Source: Bacilli bacterium (GTDB lineage Bacteria; Bacillota_I; Bacilli_A; RFN20; CAG-826). Taken from it: a DNA stretch of 64,000 nucleotides. The notes under the pieces are model-generated. The model saw nothing but the letters and a program-made list of their open reading frames with translations, made no database searches and was not told where the DNA came from. Location: positions 653,903-717,902 of the forward strand of contig JAFSOD010000004.1 of assembly GCA_017447165.1 (NCBI GenBank), in the 5' to 3' direction. The translations under genes and the position numbers were made by a program. Position 1 is the first letter of the stretch. Every line of letters starts with the position of its first letter. Shown here in pieces: positions 9,900-19,318 of this stretch.

Positions 9900-11384
9900 A
9901 TGGATAATCAAAATCTTAATGATCAAGAGTTAGTAAGAAGAGAAAAACTTAAAAAGTATGAGTCTTTTAAGGTTGACCCTTTCGGAAAGGCTTTCAAAGT
10001 TACTCATTTAGCATGTGAAGTTCATTCTCTATTTGATAAGAAGAGTCCTAATTCTTTAGAAAAGAATAAACCGTACGTTACTGTTGCCGGTCGAATTAAA
10101 AATTTAAGAAGAATGGGCAAAGCCTCTTTTATGAATATCCAAGATAAATCTGGCAACATCCAAGTTTATATGGGCATCGACGTCGTTGGTAAGAAAGCCT
10201 ATGAATTATTTAAGCTTGCTGATATCGGCGACATTGTTGGAGTTCGTGGACGTGTAATGAAAACCCGTAGTGGTGAATTAACCATTAGAGCAGAAAAATA
10301 TACTCACCTAACTAAATGTTTACATCCACTCCCAGAAAAATTCCATGGATTAGTAGATGTTGAAGAAAGAAGTAGACGTAGATATTTAGATCTCATCGTT
10401 AACGATGAATCTAGAAAAGTTGCCTTTGCTAGACCTAAATTAATTAGAAGCATTCAATCTTATTTAGATGCACAAGGATTTGTAGAAGTGGAAACTGCAG
10501 TTTTATCTCCAATTCTTGGTGGCGCGAATGCACGCCCGTTTGTTGCACATATGAATGCGTTAGATAGAGATTTCTATTTAAGAATTGCTACCGAACTTAA
10601 TCTTAAAAGATTATTAGTTGGTGGTATGGAAAGAGTCTACGAAATTGGACGTTTATTTAGAAACGAAGGAATGGATGCTACCCATAATCCAGAATTTACA
10701 ACTATTGAAGCTTATCAAGCTTATTCTGATTTACAAGGAATGAGAAAACTTGCCGAAGGCATGATTAGAAAAGCTGCAAAAGATGTTACTGGTAGTGATA
10801 TAGTAACTTATCAAGATAAAGTCTTGGATTTCCATAAACCATTTAGATGGGTTTCCATGGCTGATCTAATTTTAGAAAAGACTGGTATCGACTTTAGAAA
10901 GATTTATGACTTTGAAGAAGCTAAGAGATTAGCCGATGAAAAGGGCATTAAACTAGAAAAGCATAAGAACACTGTTGGACACGTTATGAATGAATTCTTT
11001 GAAGAATTCTGCGAAGCAGAACTAATTCAACCAACCTTCGTATATTCTTATCCGATTGAAGTTTCTCCATTAACTAAAAAAGGCAAAGATCCACGTTATA
11101 CCGAAAGATTTGAACTCTTTGTTAACGGTAAAGAATTAGCGAATGCTTATACTGAACTTAATGATCCTATTGATCAAAAAGAAAGATTCTTAGCTCAACT
11201 TAAAGCCAAAGAGTTAGGTGATGAAGAAGCCAACGAAATGGATAATGACTTTATTGAGGCTCTTGAATATGGTATGCCACCAGCAGGTGGAATTGGGATG
11301 GGTATCGATCGGCTTGTGATGTTACTTACAAATCAAGAGAACATTAGAGAAGTCATCTTATTCCCAATGATGAAAGATCGATAA
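9900..11384 (+). CDS. lysS: lysine--tRNA ligase (class II)
   Basis: N-terminal OB anticodon-binding domain plus class II motifs (FRNEG, GGIGMGIDRLVMLLT). ATG 9900 chosen, 9 nt after GGAGG. The track's GTG 9885 is inside the SD. Confidence 0.9.
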   Translation: MDNQNLNDQELVRREKLKKYESFKVDPFGKAFKVTHLACEVHSLFDKKSPNSLEKNKPYVTVAGRIKNLRRMGKASFMNIQDKSGNIQVYMGIDVVGKKAYELFKLADIGDIVGVRGRVMKTRSGELTIRAEKYTHLTKCLHPLPEKFHGLVDVEERSRRRYLDLIVNDESRKVAFARPKLIRSIQSYLDAQGFVEVETAVLSPILGGANARPFVAHMNALDRDFYLRIATELNLKRLLVGGMERVYEIGRLFRNEGMDATHNPEFTTIEAYQAYSDLQGMRKLAEGMIRKAAKDVTGSDIVTYQDKVLDFHKPFRWVSMADLILEKTGIDFRKIYDFEEAKRLADEKGIKLEKHKNTVGHVMNEFFEEFCEAELIQPTFVYSYPIEVSPLTKKGKDPRYTERFELFVNGKELANAYTELNDPIDQKERFLAQLKAKELGDEEANEMDNDFIEALEYGMPPAGGIGMGIDRLVMLLTNQENIREVILFPMMKDR

Positions 11385-11398
11385 TTTATTTATAAATT

Positions 11399-11626
11399 AT
11401 GGCAGGGACACGAATTGAGAAATATCGTAAATATCGTCAAGCTATTGCCGCTAGAAGTGACAATATCCCTGTTTTAAAGACCCCTTCGACTCACGATAAT
11501 TTCGCTGACGAAGCGGGTTTTTTTAAGAAAATTGAAATTAAAAATAGAGTGATTAACTTATCTATTGCTTTAGCAATTGTTAGTATAACTGCTCTACTTG
11601 TAATATTTGGAATAATTATCTTTTAG
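11399..11626 (+). CDS. hypothetical small protein with C-terminal TM helix
   Basis: 75-aa ORF filling the lysS-cmk gap. Hydrophobic C-terminus LSIALAIVSITALLVIFGIIIF. No SD. Weak call. Confidence 0.3.
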   Translation: MAGTRIEKYRKYRQAIAARSDNIPVLKTPSTHDNFADEAGFFKKIEIKNRVINLSIALAIVSITALLVIFGIIIF

Positions 11627-11638
11627 GAGGACATAACA

Positions 11639-12316
11639 ATGAAAATTACTGTTGCTATTGACGGACCAGCCGCTGCTGGAAAATCTACTGTTGCGAAGGA
11701 AGTTGCTAAGCGCTTAGGATACACCTATATTGATACCGGAGCGATGTATCGAGCATTCACTTGGTATTGCATGGAAAAAGGTGTTGATTGTCAAAACGAG
11801 GCGGCCTGCTGCGCGTTAATTCCTGAAGTGACTATAAAATTAAGACCTAATGGACAGGTCCTTTGTAATGAATTCGATGTCACAAAAGAAATCAGAGAAC
11901 CACGTGTTTCTGGCAACGTTAGTTACATTGCTTCCTATAAAGACATTAGATTATTTTTAGTTGATCAGCAAAGAGCCATGGCTGCTAAACATTCCGTTAT
12001 TATGGATGGCAGAGACATTGGTACTTATGTTCTCCCTGATGCTGATGTAAAAATATTCCAAATTGCTTCTGTGGAAACTAGAGCGGTTCGTCGTTATGAC
12101 GAAAATATCGCTAAAGGTATTTCGTGTACCTTAGAAGAAATTGAAAACGATGTTAGAAAAAGAGACTACATTGATTCTCATAGAGAATTTGCACCTTTAA
12201 AGTGTGCACCTGATGCTTTAACTTTAGATACATCTTTTATGTCTGTTGAAGAAGTGGTTTGCAAAGTTATTGAAATTATTAATGCAAAATTAGAAGAAAA
12301 AGGTATTAATGGCTAG
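11639..12316 (+). CDS. cmk: cytidylate kinase
   Basis: 225 aa. P-loop AIDGPAAAGKST and CMP-kinase layout. Confidence 0.9.
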   Translation: MKITVAIDGPAAAGKSTVAKEVAKRLGYTYIDTGAMYRAFTWYCMEKGVDCQNEAACCALIPEVTIKLRPNGQVLCNEFDVTKEIREPRVSGNVSYIASYKDIRLFLVDQQRAMAAKHSVIMDGRDIGTYVLPDADVKIFQIASVETRAVRRYDENIAKGISCTLEEIENDVRKRDYIDSHREFAPLKCAPDALTLDTSFMSVEEVVCKVIEIINAKLEEKGING

Positions 12317-13619
12317 AGCGGTTGTTGCTATTGTTGGAAGTCCTAACGTTGGTAAATCAACGATTTTTAATCGTATTATTGGTGATAGAAGAGCCATTGT
12401 AGACGATGAAGCTGGAATTACCAGAGATAGATTATATGGCACTGCTAATTGGTTAGGTAAGAGTTTTACTCTTATTGATACTGGTGGAATCGAAGTCGCA
12501 AATAGGCCATTTCAAGAACAAATTAGAGTACAGGCAAATATCGCAATAGATGAGGCCGACATTATTTTATTTGTGGTTGACGGCAAGGTCGGAGTTACCA
12601 CCGATGACCATATGGTGGCAAAGCTTCTACGTAAAGTTAAAAAGCCGATTTTATTATTAGTAAATAAGATTGATGAAGGCTTACAAGCTGCTAACGCTGC
12701 AGAGTTTTATTCTCTTGGTTTAGGGGAACCAATTCCAGTATCTGGAAGTCATGGTGTAGGTATAGGCGATGTTTTAAATCGCATCATTGATAAGATCCCA
12801 GAAGACAAAAATGAAACTGATGAAGAAACAGTAACGTTTTGTTTAATTGGTCGACCAAATGTTGGCAAATCTTCACTAACAAATGCGATTTTATCTCAAG
12901 AAAGAGTTATCGTCAGTGATATATCTGGAACTACTAGAGATTCAATAGATACACCTTTTACTAAGGATGGTGTTAACTACGTTGTTATTGATACTGCTGG
13001 CTTAAAGAAAAAAGGAAAAATCTATGAAGCCATCGATAAATATTCTGCAATAAGAGCACTTAAGGCTATTGAAAGAAGTGAGATTGTTTTACTTGTTATA
13101 GACGGCAAAGCTGGTATCACTGAACAAGATAAACACGTCATTCAATATGCGACTGATTTACATAAAGCTATTATCATTGTGGTTAATAAGTGGGACCTTG
13201 TAGATAAAGATACTAACACTATGTCATCTTATGAAAAAATAATTAGAAATGAGTATAAATTCTTAGATTATGCACCGGTCGTATTTTTGTCTGCATTAAC
13301 AAAAAGAAGGGTAAATACATTGTTTGAATCTTTGATGCTTGTTCACCAGGCATACCATACTAGAATTCAAACCTCTATTTTGAATAATGTCATTCAAGAA
13401 GCGCAAGTCATGAACCAAGCTCCAGACTTCAATGGTGGGCGTTTAAAGATATACTATTCTACACAAATTCTCACTGCGCCACCTACAATTAGCCTTGTTG
13501 TTAATGACCCAGAGTTTATGCATTTCTCATATCAACGATATTTAGAAAACAGATTAAGAGAAACATTTAATTTTGAAGGAACGCCTATAAAGATTAGTTT
13601 AAAAAAACATAGAAAGTAG
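12309..13619 (+). CDS. der: ribosome-biogenesis GTPase Der (EngA)
   Basis: 436 aa. Two tandem GTPase domains (GSPNVGKST and GRPNVGKSS G1 motifs) plus C-terminal KH-like domain. Confidence 0.9.
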   Translation: MARAVVAIVGSPNVGKSTIFNRIIGDRRAIVDDEAGITRDRLYGTANWLGKSFTLIDTGGIEVANRPFQEQIRVQANIAIDEADIILFVVDGKVGVTTDDHMVAKLLRKVKKPILLLVNKIDEGLQAANAAEFYSLGLGEPIPVSGSHGVGIGDVLNRIIDKIPEDKNETDEETVTFCLIGRPNVGKSSLTNAILSQERVIVSDISGTTRDSIDTPFTKDGVNYVVIDTAGLKKKGKIYEAIDKYSAIRALKAIERSEIVLLVIDGKAGITEQDKHVIQYATDLHKAIIIVVNKWDLVDKDTNTMSSYEKIIRNEYKFLDYAPVVFLSALTKRRVNTLFESLMLVHQAYHTRIQTSILNNVIQEAQVMNQAPDFNGGRLKIYYSTQILTAPPTISLVVNDPEFMHFSYQRYLENRLRETFNFEGTPIKISLKKHRK

Positions 13620-13666
13620 TTAAAATTCATTATATAATTTATTTACGTTAACAAGGAGATAAGGGG

Positions 13667-13951
13667 ATGAAAAAGCTCAATAAGAATGAGATCATCGAGC
13701 TTGTCGCTGAGAAAGCACACTTATCAAAAGTCGATGCCAAGACATCAGTTGATATGACGTTCGACCTCATCATGGAAGCTTTGCTGAAAGGGGATTCAGT
13801 CAATATTAAGAACTTCTGTGTGTTCGAGACTAAAACAAAAGCGGGCAGAAAAGGTACACATCCTAAGAAACATACAGCAATCGAAATCAAACCTAAGAAG
13901 ACTGTAACTGTGCATTTGGCCAAAGAATTCAAAGCAAAGCTCAACAAATAA
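13667..13951 (+). CDS. hup: DNA-binding protein HU
   Basis: 94 aa. HU/IHF fold (..GDSVNIKNFCVFETKTKAGRKG..P....IEI). Follows der as hbs does in Bacillus. SD AAGGAG. Confidence 0.8.
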   Translation: MKKLNKNEIIELVAEKAHLSKVDAKTSVDMTFDLIMEALLKGDSVNIKNFCVFETKTKAGRKGTHPKKHTAIEIKPKKTVTVHLAKEFKAKLNK

Positions 13952-13962
13952 TCATCATAAAA

Positions 13963-13987
13963 AATTGACCTTCGGGTCTTTTTTTTG
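13963..13987 (+). terminator. intrinsic terminator after hup
   Basis: GACC-TTCG-GGTC hairpin followed by T8. Confidence 0.7.
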
Positions 13988-14013
13988 ATAACAAATAAAT
14001 ATATTATTTATAC

Positions 14014-14676
14014 ATGAATTCTAAAATCAGTTTATTTATCGAACTTGTCGACTTATTTGAAAGGTATGGTTTTCAATTATATTTAGTAGGCGGTTCTACT
14101 AGGGACTACCTTTTAAATATTCCTTTATCTGATATGGATTTAGTAAGCGACGCTACTCCTGATGAAGTAAAAGAATTTTTAGAAAACGCTGATTATACTT
14201 TTGCTCGTTTTGGCTCTGTTAAATTCATTTATAAAGGTGTGAAGTTTGACCTAACAACTTTTAGAAAAGAGGCGGGCTACGTCGATTCTAGACACCCAAA
14301 TGTCGTGTTTTTCACTAAAGATATTAAGGAAGATTATCCACGTCGAGATATCACAATTAACGCTTTATATTTAGATAAAGATTTAAATGTTATCGACTTT
14401 GTTAATGGTGTTACTGATTTAAATAATAAGGTGATTAAAATGGTAGGTGATCCAGAAATCAGAATTAAAGAGGATCCACTAAGAATAGTACGTATCTATA
14501 GATTTAAGTTAGATTTAGATTTTTCTATTGATACTGAATTAGAAATAGTAATTGCTAACAATAAAGAACTATTACATCAGCTTAGAAAAGAAAAGATACT
14601 TGAAGAGATACGTAAGTGTCATCATCAAAGTGAACTAAAGTCTATCTTAGAAAAATTCGATATAAATAATTTATAA
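14014..14676 (+). CDS. truncated CCA-adding-enzyme-like nucleotidyltransferase (head and neck domains only)
   Basis: 220 aa. Pol-beta NTase head with GGSTRD...DMDL catalytic motif plus poly(A)-polymerase RNA-binding neck. Ends where full-length class II CCA enzymes (~400 aa) continue into body and tail domains. Confidence 0.6.
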   Translation: MNSKISLFIELVDLFERYGFQLYLVGGSTRDYLLNIPLSDMDLVSDATPDEVKEFLENADYTFARFGSVKFIYKGVKFDLTTFRKEAGYVDSRHPNVVFFTKDIKEDYPRRDITINALYLDKDLNVIDFVNGVTDLNNKVIKMVGDPEIRIKEDPLRIVRIYRFKLDLDFSIDTELEIVIANNKELLHQLRKEKILEEIRKCHHQSELKSILEKFDINNL

Positions 14677-14707
14677 TTATTATCGAAGTGTGCTATATTA
14701 CATATAC

Positions 14708-15352
14708 ATGATTACTGAAGCTATAGATTTTAGATACTTATTAATCGAGAATTATCGAAAACTCAAACTCAATGAAAATGAGTTAGCGACTATTTTCGTT
14801 ATTGATCATCTTATCAGCCAAGGTAATCCATTTGTAACCGCTGATCTCTTGTCTTTAAAAATGACTTTAGATGTTAAAGAAATCGATAAGATTTTAGCTA
14901 AACTCATTACCAAAGGAATGTTCGAATATAAAACAATGGGTAAAAACACTGTAGCCACCCTTGAACCACTCAAACAAAAACTCTATAGAGAATTCCAATT
15001 ATTCTTATCTAAAGAGGAAGAGGAAAAAAGTTCTACTAGAATCAAAGAAGAACTAGAGAATGTCTACACTAATTATGAAAAACTCTTAGGACGTTCTTTA
15101 TCTCCTGTCGAAGTCGCAAAAATTCATGAGTGGATTTCTTTTGGATATAGCGATAAAACTATCATCGACGCATTAAAAGAAGCACTCTCAAAAAACAAAA
15201 AAACCCTACGCAGCGTGGATAAAATCCTTCTCAGTTGGTCTCAAAGAGATGATTTACAATCTGAAGGTCACACCCCATTAAGTGAAGAATGGGATAAAAA
15301 TTTAGAAGAGACTATTCGTATTGCTAAAATACCTTGGATCAATAAAGATTAA
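14708..15352 (+). CDS. dnaD: replication initiation / membrane attachment protein DnaD
   Basis: C-terminal DnaD-like domain (LSPVEVAKIHEWISFGYSDKTIIDALKEA...KILLSW). dnaD-nth synteny as in B. subtilis. ATG 14708 preferred over the track's GTG 14690. Confidence 0.7.
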   Translation: MITEAIDFRYLLIENYRKLKLNENELATIFVIDHLISQGNPFVTADLLSLKMTLDVKEIDKILAKLITKGMFEYKTMGKNTVATLEPLKQKLYREFQLFLSKEEEEKSSTRIKEELENVYTNYEKLLGRSLSPVEVAKIHEWISFGYSDKTIIDALKEALSKNKKTLRSVDKILLSWSQRDDLQSEGHTPLSEEWDKNLEETIRIAKIPWINKD

Positions 15353-15975
15353 TGCTAAATAAAGAACAATTTAATGAAATATCGCAATATCTAGACTCAC
15401 TTTTTCCAAACGCAAAATGTGAGCTTTTTTATTCTCAAGATTATGAATTGGTGATCGCTGTGATGCTTTCTGCTCAAACCACTGATAAATCAGTGAACGC
15501 GGTGACTTCGCATCTGTTTAAGAAATACCCAACTCTTAAATCTTTTGTGGATGCCGATATTGAAGATATCGAAAATGAAATCCAATCTCTTGGTTTATTT
15601 AAGAACAAAGCAAGAAACATCAAAGGTATCGCTGAAGTTTTATATCATGAATTTAATTCTGTTTTACCTAGTGATAAAGACGAACTCCAAAAACTGCCTG
15701 GTATAGGAAATAAATCTGCTGGAGTTATTAGATGTGAAGTTTTTAAGATTCCAGATTTACCAGTAGATACTCATATTATTCGTATTTCTAATCGTTTGGG
15801 GATTGCTAGAAAGACTGATGAACCAATCGATATAGAAAGAAAACTTAAAAAAATAATCCCAGAAGAATCTTGGATTAAATCTCATCATCAACTCATTCAT
15901 TTTGGTAGATACTTCTGCACTGCTAGAAATCCAAAATGCAGTGAATGTAAAATTAAAAAATACTGTAAAAATTAG
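15352..15975 (+). CDS. nth: endonuclease III
   Basis: HhH-GPD motif (LPGIGNKSAG), catalytic K/D, C-terminal 4Fe-4S Cys cluster (C-x6-C-x2-C-x5-C). Confidence 0.9.
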   Translation: MLNKEQFNEISQYLDSLFPNAKCELFYSQDYELVIAVMLSAQTTDKSVNAVTSHLFKKYPTLKSFVDADIEDIENEIQSLGLFKNKARNIKGIAEVLYHEFNSVLPSDKDELQKLPGIGNKSAGVIRCEVFKIPDLPVDTHIIRISNRLGIARKTDEPIDIERKLKKIIPEESWIKSHHQLIHFGRYFCTARNPKCSECKIKKYCKN

Positions 15976-16562
15976 AAATATAATTTATCGATCGCGTCAA
16001 TATATTTTAAGCGAGGATTATAGCTTCTCTCAACTTCGATTCCTGATTCTTCAAAACATGATAATGGGATCGATTTTCTTTCTCCACGTTCATAAAAATG
16101 AATCACATAACTAGCGTCTAAAATAAACACTTTATCTAATAATTCAAATTGAATAATAAAGAAAGCGATGCCTCCGTGAGCAATTACTCTTTTTAAATGT
16201 TCAATTTGATGTTTGGTGATGTTATTAAGTGGAAAAGATGTTTTATTTTTTGTGTTTTTTGCTTCAAAGTCTATATATTTTCCTTTATATACCCCGTTAT
16301 AGTCAGTAGTGGATTGCTCTTCAAAATAAGCATGAGTGATTTTTGCGCCTTTAGAGTAATCAACTTTCACCACATTAATTGGAGTTGGTCTTTTAGTAAT
16401 TAAACAAATATCTTTATCTTTATAATATTCATTAGAGACATTGATATCACTTTCAAAACTCATTCCACGGTTAGCACTGGAAATGGATAATTCAGTAGAG
16501 GATTTCTTTTTCTTTTTAGAATCCTCTTTTTTGTATACTTGTCCGTTAGGATATCTAATCAT
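15972..16562 (-). CDS. recU: Holliday-junction resolvase RecU
   Basis: 196 aa. Near-colinear with B. subtilis RecU (MIRYPNG...SSANRGM..E..IN..N.YY...TTDYNG.YKG.YIDFEAK.TKNKTSFPL.N...HQIEH..). Confidence 0.85.
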   Translation of the reverse strand: MIRYPNGQVYKKEDSKKKKKSSTELSISSANRGMSFESDINVSNEYYKDKDICLITKRPTPINVVKVDYSKGAKITHAYFEEQSTTDYNGVYKGKYIDFEAKNTKNKTSFPLNNITKHQIEHLKRVIAHGGIAFFIIQFELLDKVFILDASYVIHFYERGERKSIPLSCFEESGIEVERSYNPRLKYIDAIDKLYF

Positions 16563-17287
16563 TAGTCGATATACTCTTTAATGAATTGTTTAAATTCTTC
16601 TGGAGAAACACTTTCACCATTAAGTAATTTTTTAATAGCTTTATTTACTGGTTCTGGACCAATATTGCTTCTATTTAAAACTTTGCAGTATTGTTCTAAA
16701 ACAATATCTTTTTCCTTAAGGAAAACACTATAGAGTTTAGCGAGATTAACAGCGTCATACATTGGATCATGGGCTTTGCCATCAAACTCTATTCCAAATA
16801 ATTCTAAGTAGTGGGTAAGAGATAATGGATTACCAATATCATCTTTGACAAATTCGGAGATTAAAGATTGGAAATCAAAATAGTTCTTTTTGATAATGTC
16901 ACATAATTCTTTAGGAGCGTCTAAGTTATATGAACAAGACTGATTTAAAATTCTAATATCGTGATTACCAAATGTTACAAATAGAGTTTTCTTAAACGCC
17001 ATTCCACAATACTTTTTAATTTCATTAATAGCCTTGGAGAATTCTACTCCATACATCTCTAAATCTTTTTCAGTAATCCCAGTAAGTTCTTTAACGAATC
17101 TGCCGATAGAGTTCTTACTTTTCACATAGTTTCTAATTGGGCTTTTTGCTTTTGTAATTTGGCCTTCTTTATTTACATATGTGAAATAGGCTCCATAGGC
17201 AATCATTTCATGAGAAAATTGTGTTCCCTCGAAATCTAAGAAACAGATATGTTTTCTCCCTTTTAAAATGCGATTAACTTTTTTCAT
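16562..17287 (-). CDS. DEDDh 3'-5' exonuclease (KapD/ERI-1-like)
   Basis: 241 aa. Exo I motif FLDFEGT, exo III H-x4-D (HDPMYDA). Its stop overlaps the recU ATG (TAATG), suggesting coupled translation. Confidence 0.7.
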   Translation of the reverse strand: MKKVNRILKGRKHICFLDFEGTQFSHEMIAYGAYFTYVNKEGQITKAKSPIRNYVKSKNSIGRFVKELTGITEKDLEMYGVEFSKAINEIKKYCGMAFKKTLFVTFGNHDIRILNQSCSYNLDAPKELCDIIKKNYFDFQSLISEFVKDDIGNPLSLTHYLELFGIEFDGKAHDPMYDAVNLAKLYSVFLKEKDIVLEQYCKVLNRSNIGPEPVNKAIKKLLNGESVSPEEFKQFIKEYID

Positions 17288-17416
17288 CGTTTTCTATATT
17301 AACGATAGAAAATGTTCTTTTCAAGAAAAAGGGAAATGAAGTTTGTTTAAAAAAAGATTATATTTATAAATTTTTCATAGAAAAATGTCTAGATATAAGA
17401 GATAATAGTAGAGTAT

Positions 17417-17773
17417 ATGAACAAAGACCTTAGTTTTAATTCTAATTCTCTTCTAAATAAGAAATTTAAATCTGCGGAACGTGGATATGATCCTGATGAA
17501 GTTGACGCAGTATTAGATGAAATTATTGAAGATTATAAAAAAATTGAAGCTACATCTTCGGTAGATGTTAAAACCCTTCTAAATGAACTAGCGGAGCTTA
17601 AAAAAGAGAATGTTAGATTAAGCGAAGAGTTAGCAAAGCAAAAAGATAAAATTAAATATCTTCCAAAAGACAAGGCCGTTCATATCGATAATTATGAGTT
17701 ACTCCATCGTATCGGGAAGTTGGAGATGTACATTAAAGACCACATTGGTTCTATTCCCGAAGAATTAAAATAA
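17417..17773 (+). CDS. gpsB: cell-cycle protein GpsB (DivIVA-domain)
   Basis: 118 aa. FK.A.RGYDPDEVD..LD.II.DYE coiled-coil DivIVA N-domain. Lies immediately 5' of rnpB as in B. subtilis. Confidence 0.75.
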   Translation: MNKDLSFNSNSLLNKKFKSAERGYDPDEVDAVLDEIIEDYKKIEATSSVDVKTLLNELAELKKENVRLSEELAKQKDKIKYLPKDKAVHIDNYELLHRIGKLEMYIKDHIGSIPEELK

Positions 17774-17777
17774 AAAA

Positions 17778-18121
17778 CCTTCGACCTAGATGATTGCTGA
17801 CTACTAGTTAGTTAGAGGAAAGTCCATGCTCGCACAATCTGTGATGGTTGTAGTGATTACGCTAACGGAAAAAATAACGTTAGGCATGTAGGAGTGCATG
17901 ACGGCGGAAATTAACCTAAAGGGCAACCCATGGTAAAATTCCTGAAAGTGCCACAGTGACGGAGCTTATTTGAAAGAATAAGGTGGAACGCGGTAAACCC
18001 CATAAGCGAGAAACCCAAATTTGGTAGGGGAGACTTGATAGAGAAACGAATCGATTCAAGTAAGATTATTCTTAGATAAATTATCATCCTAGACAAAACA
18101 TGGCTTACAGGGTCGAAGACT
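17778..18121 (+). ncRNA. rnpB: RNase P RNA, Bacillus-type (type B)
   Basis: Contains GAGGAAAGTCCATGCTCGCAC, AGTGCCACAGTGACGGAG, GGTGGAACGCGGTAAACCCCATAAGCGAGAAACCCAAATTTGGTAGGGGA and ACATGGCTTACAG, matching conserved type B rnpB blocks. P1 pairs CTTCGACC (17779-86) with GGTCGAAG (18111-18). Confidence 0.8.
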
Positions 18122-18143
18122 CACTATTAAAAGGAGAGAGATT

Positions 18144-18785
18144 ATGAATCTTCCAACAAAAATTACATTCTCAAGAATTATTGCAACAGTAGTGCTTATT
18201 ATCGCATTATTTGTTTTATCGTTAATTCCTGATTTACACACTCCAATTTTAGGAAATACCCGTCTAAACTTAATCTTTTTATTCGTTTTTGTGTTTTTTG
18301 TTGTTGCTAGTTACACTGATCACTTAGACGGCAAACTTGCTAGAAAAAACAACCAAGTTACTGACTTAGGTAAGTTCTTAGATCCAGTTGCGGATAAGCT
18401 CTTAGTTAGTTCAATGTTAATCTTCTTATGCGCTCCTAGTGTGTTCGCTAGTTATAACTTAGAACAAACTGCTTTTATCCCTGTATGGTGTGTCATCATT
18501 ATGGTTGCTAGAGACACTGTTGTTGATGCATTAAGATTCATCGCTGCTCAAAAGGGTGTAGTTATTGCTGCTAACATTTTTGGCAAGTTAAAAACTGTCC
18601 TACAAATGGTAGCAATCTCTTGCGTGTTATTGAATGATTTTCCATTCCACTATATGTATCCAAATAACACCAATCCTTATTTAACAGTAACGATGTTTAT
18701 TGTCTATGCTGCTACTTTAACTTCCTTCATTAGTGGAGTTATCTATGTGTGGCAAAACCGTAAAGCATTTTTAGAAAGCAAATAA
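18144..18785 (+). CDS. pgsA: CDP-diacylglycerol--glycerol-3-phosphate 3-phosphatidyltransferase
   Basis: 213 aa. CDP-alcohol phosphotransferase motif D.LDG..AR....T..G..LD...DK. pgsA-cinA-recA order as in Bacillus. Confidence 0.85.
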   Translation: MNLPTKITFSRIIATVVLIIALFVLSLIPDLHTPILGNTRLNLIFLFVFVFFVVASYTDHLDGKLARKNNQVTDLGKFLDPVADKLLVSSMLIFLCAPSVFASYNLEQTAFIPVWCVIIMVARDTVVDALRFIAAQKGVVIAANIFGKLKTVLQMVAISCVLLNDFPFHYMYPNNTNPYLTVTMFIVYAATLTSFISGVIYVWQNRKAFLESK

Positions 18786-18787
18786 TA

Positions 18788-19258
18788 ATGGATAGCATTG
18801 GAATTAATAAATTATTTAGAGATAAAGGCAGAACTCTAGGCTCTGTTGAATCTTTTACGGGTGGTTTATTCGCTAAAGAAATTACTTCTGTTAGTGGAGC
18901 GTCACATTTCTTTAAGGGTGCTTTAGTGACTTATGCCACTGAAGAGAAAAATAGATTACTTGGAATTTCTTATAAAGATATTGATGAATTTGGCGTTGTC
19001 TCTAAAGAAGTGGCAGCCCAAATGGCGAGTAATGGTAAGAAACTTCTTAATGTTGATTATTGTGTATCTTTTACTGGTAACGCCGGACCTAGTGCAATGG
19101 AAGGGAAACCAGTAGGAGAAATTCATATTGGCGTTGCCTTTTTAGATACCGCTCAAGTTCATTCTTTTAATTTAGAAGGCTCTAGAGAAGAGATTCAAAA
19201 CAAAGCAATTTATATTGCTTTCGATCTTTTAGAATCATTAATTTTGCAAAATAATTAA
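18788..19258 (+). CDS. cinA: CinA C-terminal-domain protein (PncC-like nicotinamide-nucleotide amidohydrolase)
   Basis: 156 aa. ESFTGGL...TYA...K..LLG CinA_C signature. The N-terminal MoCF-biosynthesis-like domain of full-length CinA is absent. Confidence 0.7.
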   Translation: MDSIGINKLFRDKGRTLGSVESFTGGLFAKEITSVSGASHFFKGALVTYATEEKNRLLGISYKDIDEFGVVSKEVAAQMASNGKKLLNVDYCVSFTGNAGPSAMEGKPVGEIHIGVAFLDTAQVHSFNLEGSREEIQNKAIYIAFDLLESLILQNN

Positions 19259-19261
19259 ATT

Positions 19262-19310
19262 TTTTTCACAAATTTTCGAAAAAAACCGCTCTTTATATAT
19301 ATGAGGAGGC
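19262..19310 (+). promoter_or_regulatory. conserved ~50-nt upstream element (copy 1, before recA)
   Basis: TTTTTCACAAATTTTCGAAAAAAACCGCTCTTTATATATATGAGGAGGC. Near-identical to 28792-28840. Contains a perfect 10-bp palindrome TTTTCGAAAA and ends in the SD. Confidence 0.4.
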
Positions 19311-19318
19311 CATGAAAA

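Noticed and set aside
13648-13947. 99-aa minus-strand ORF
   Set aside because: Antisense to hup (HU), which has a clear SD and family match. The minus ORF is Cys/Phe-rich nonsense.
17911-18096. 61-aa minus-strand ORF in the six-frame track
   Set aside because: Lies entirely inside the RNase P RNA gene (rnpB) and has no SD. Artefact of the structured RNA sequence.
19259-19318. LexA (Cheo box, GAAC-N4-GTTC) operator upstream of recA
   Set aside because: No match to the Firmicutes consensus. Only the unrelated conserved 50-nt element is present.
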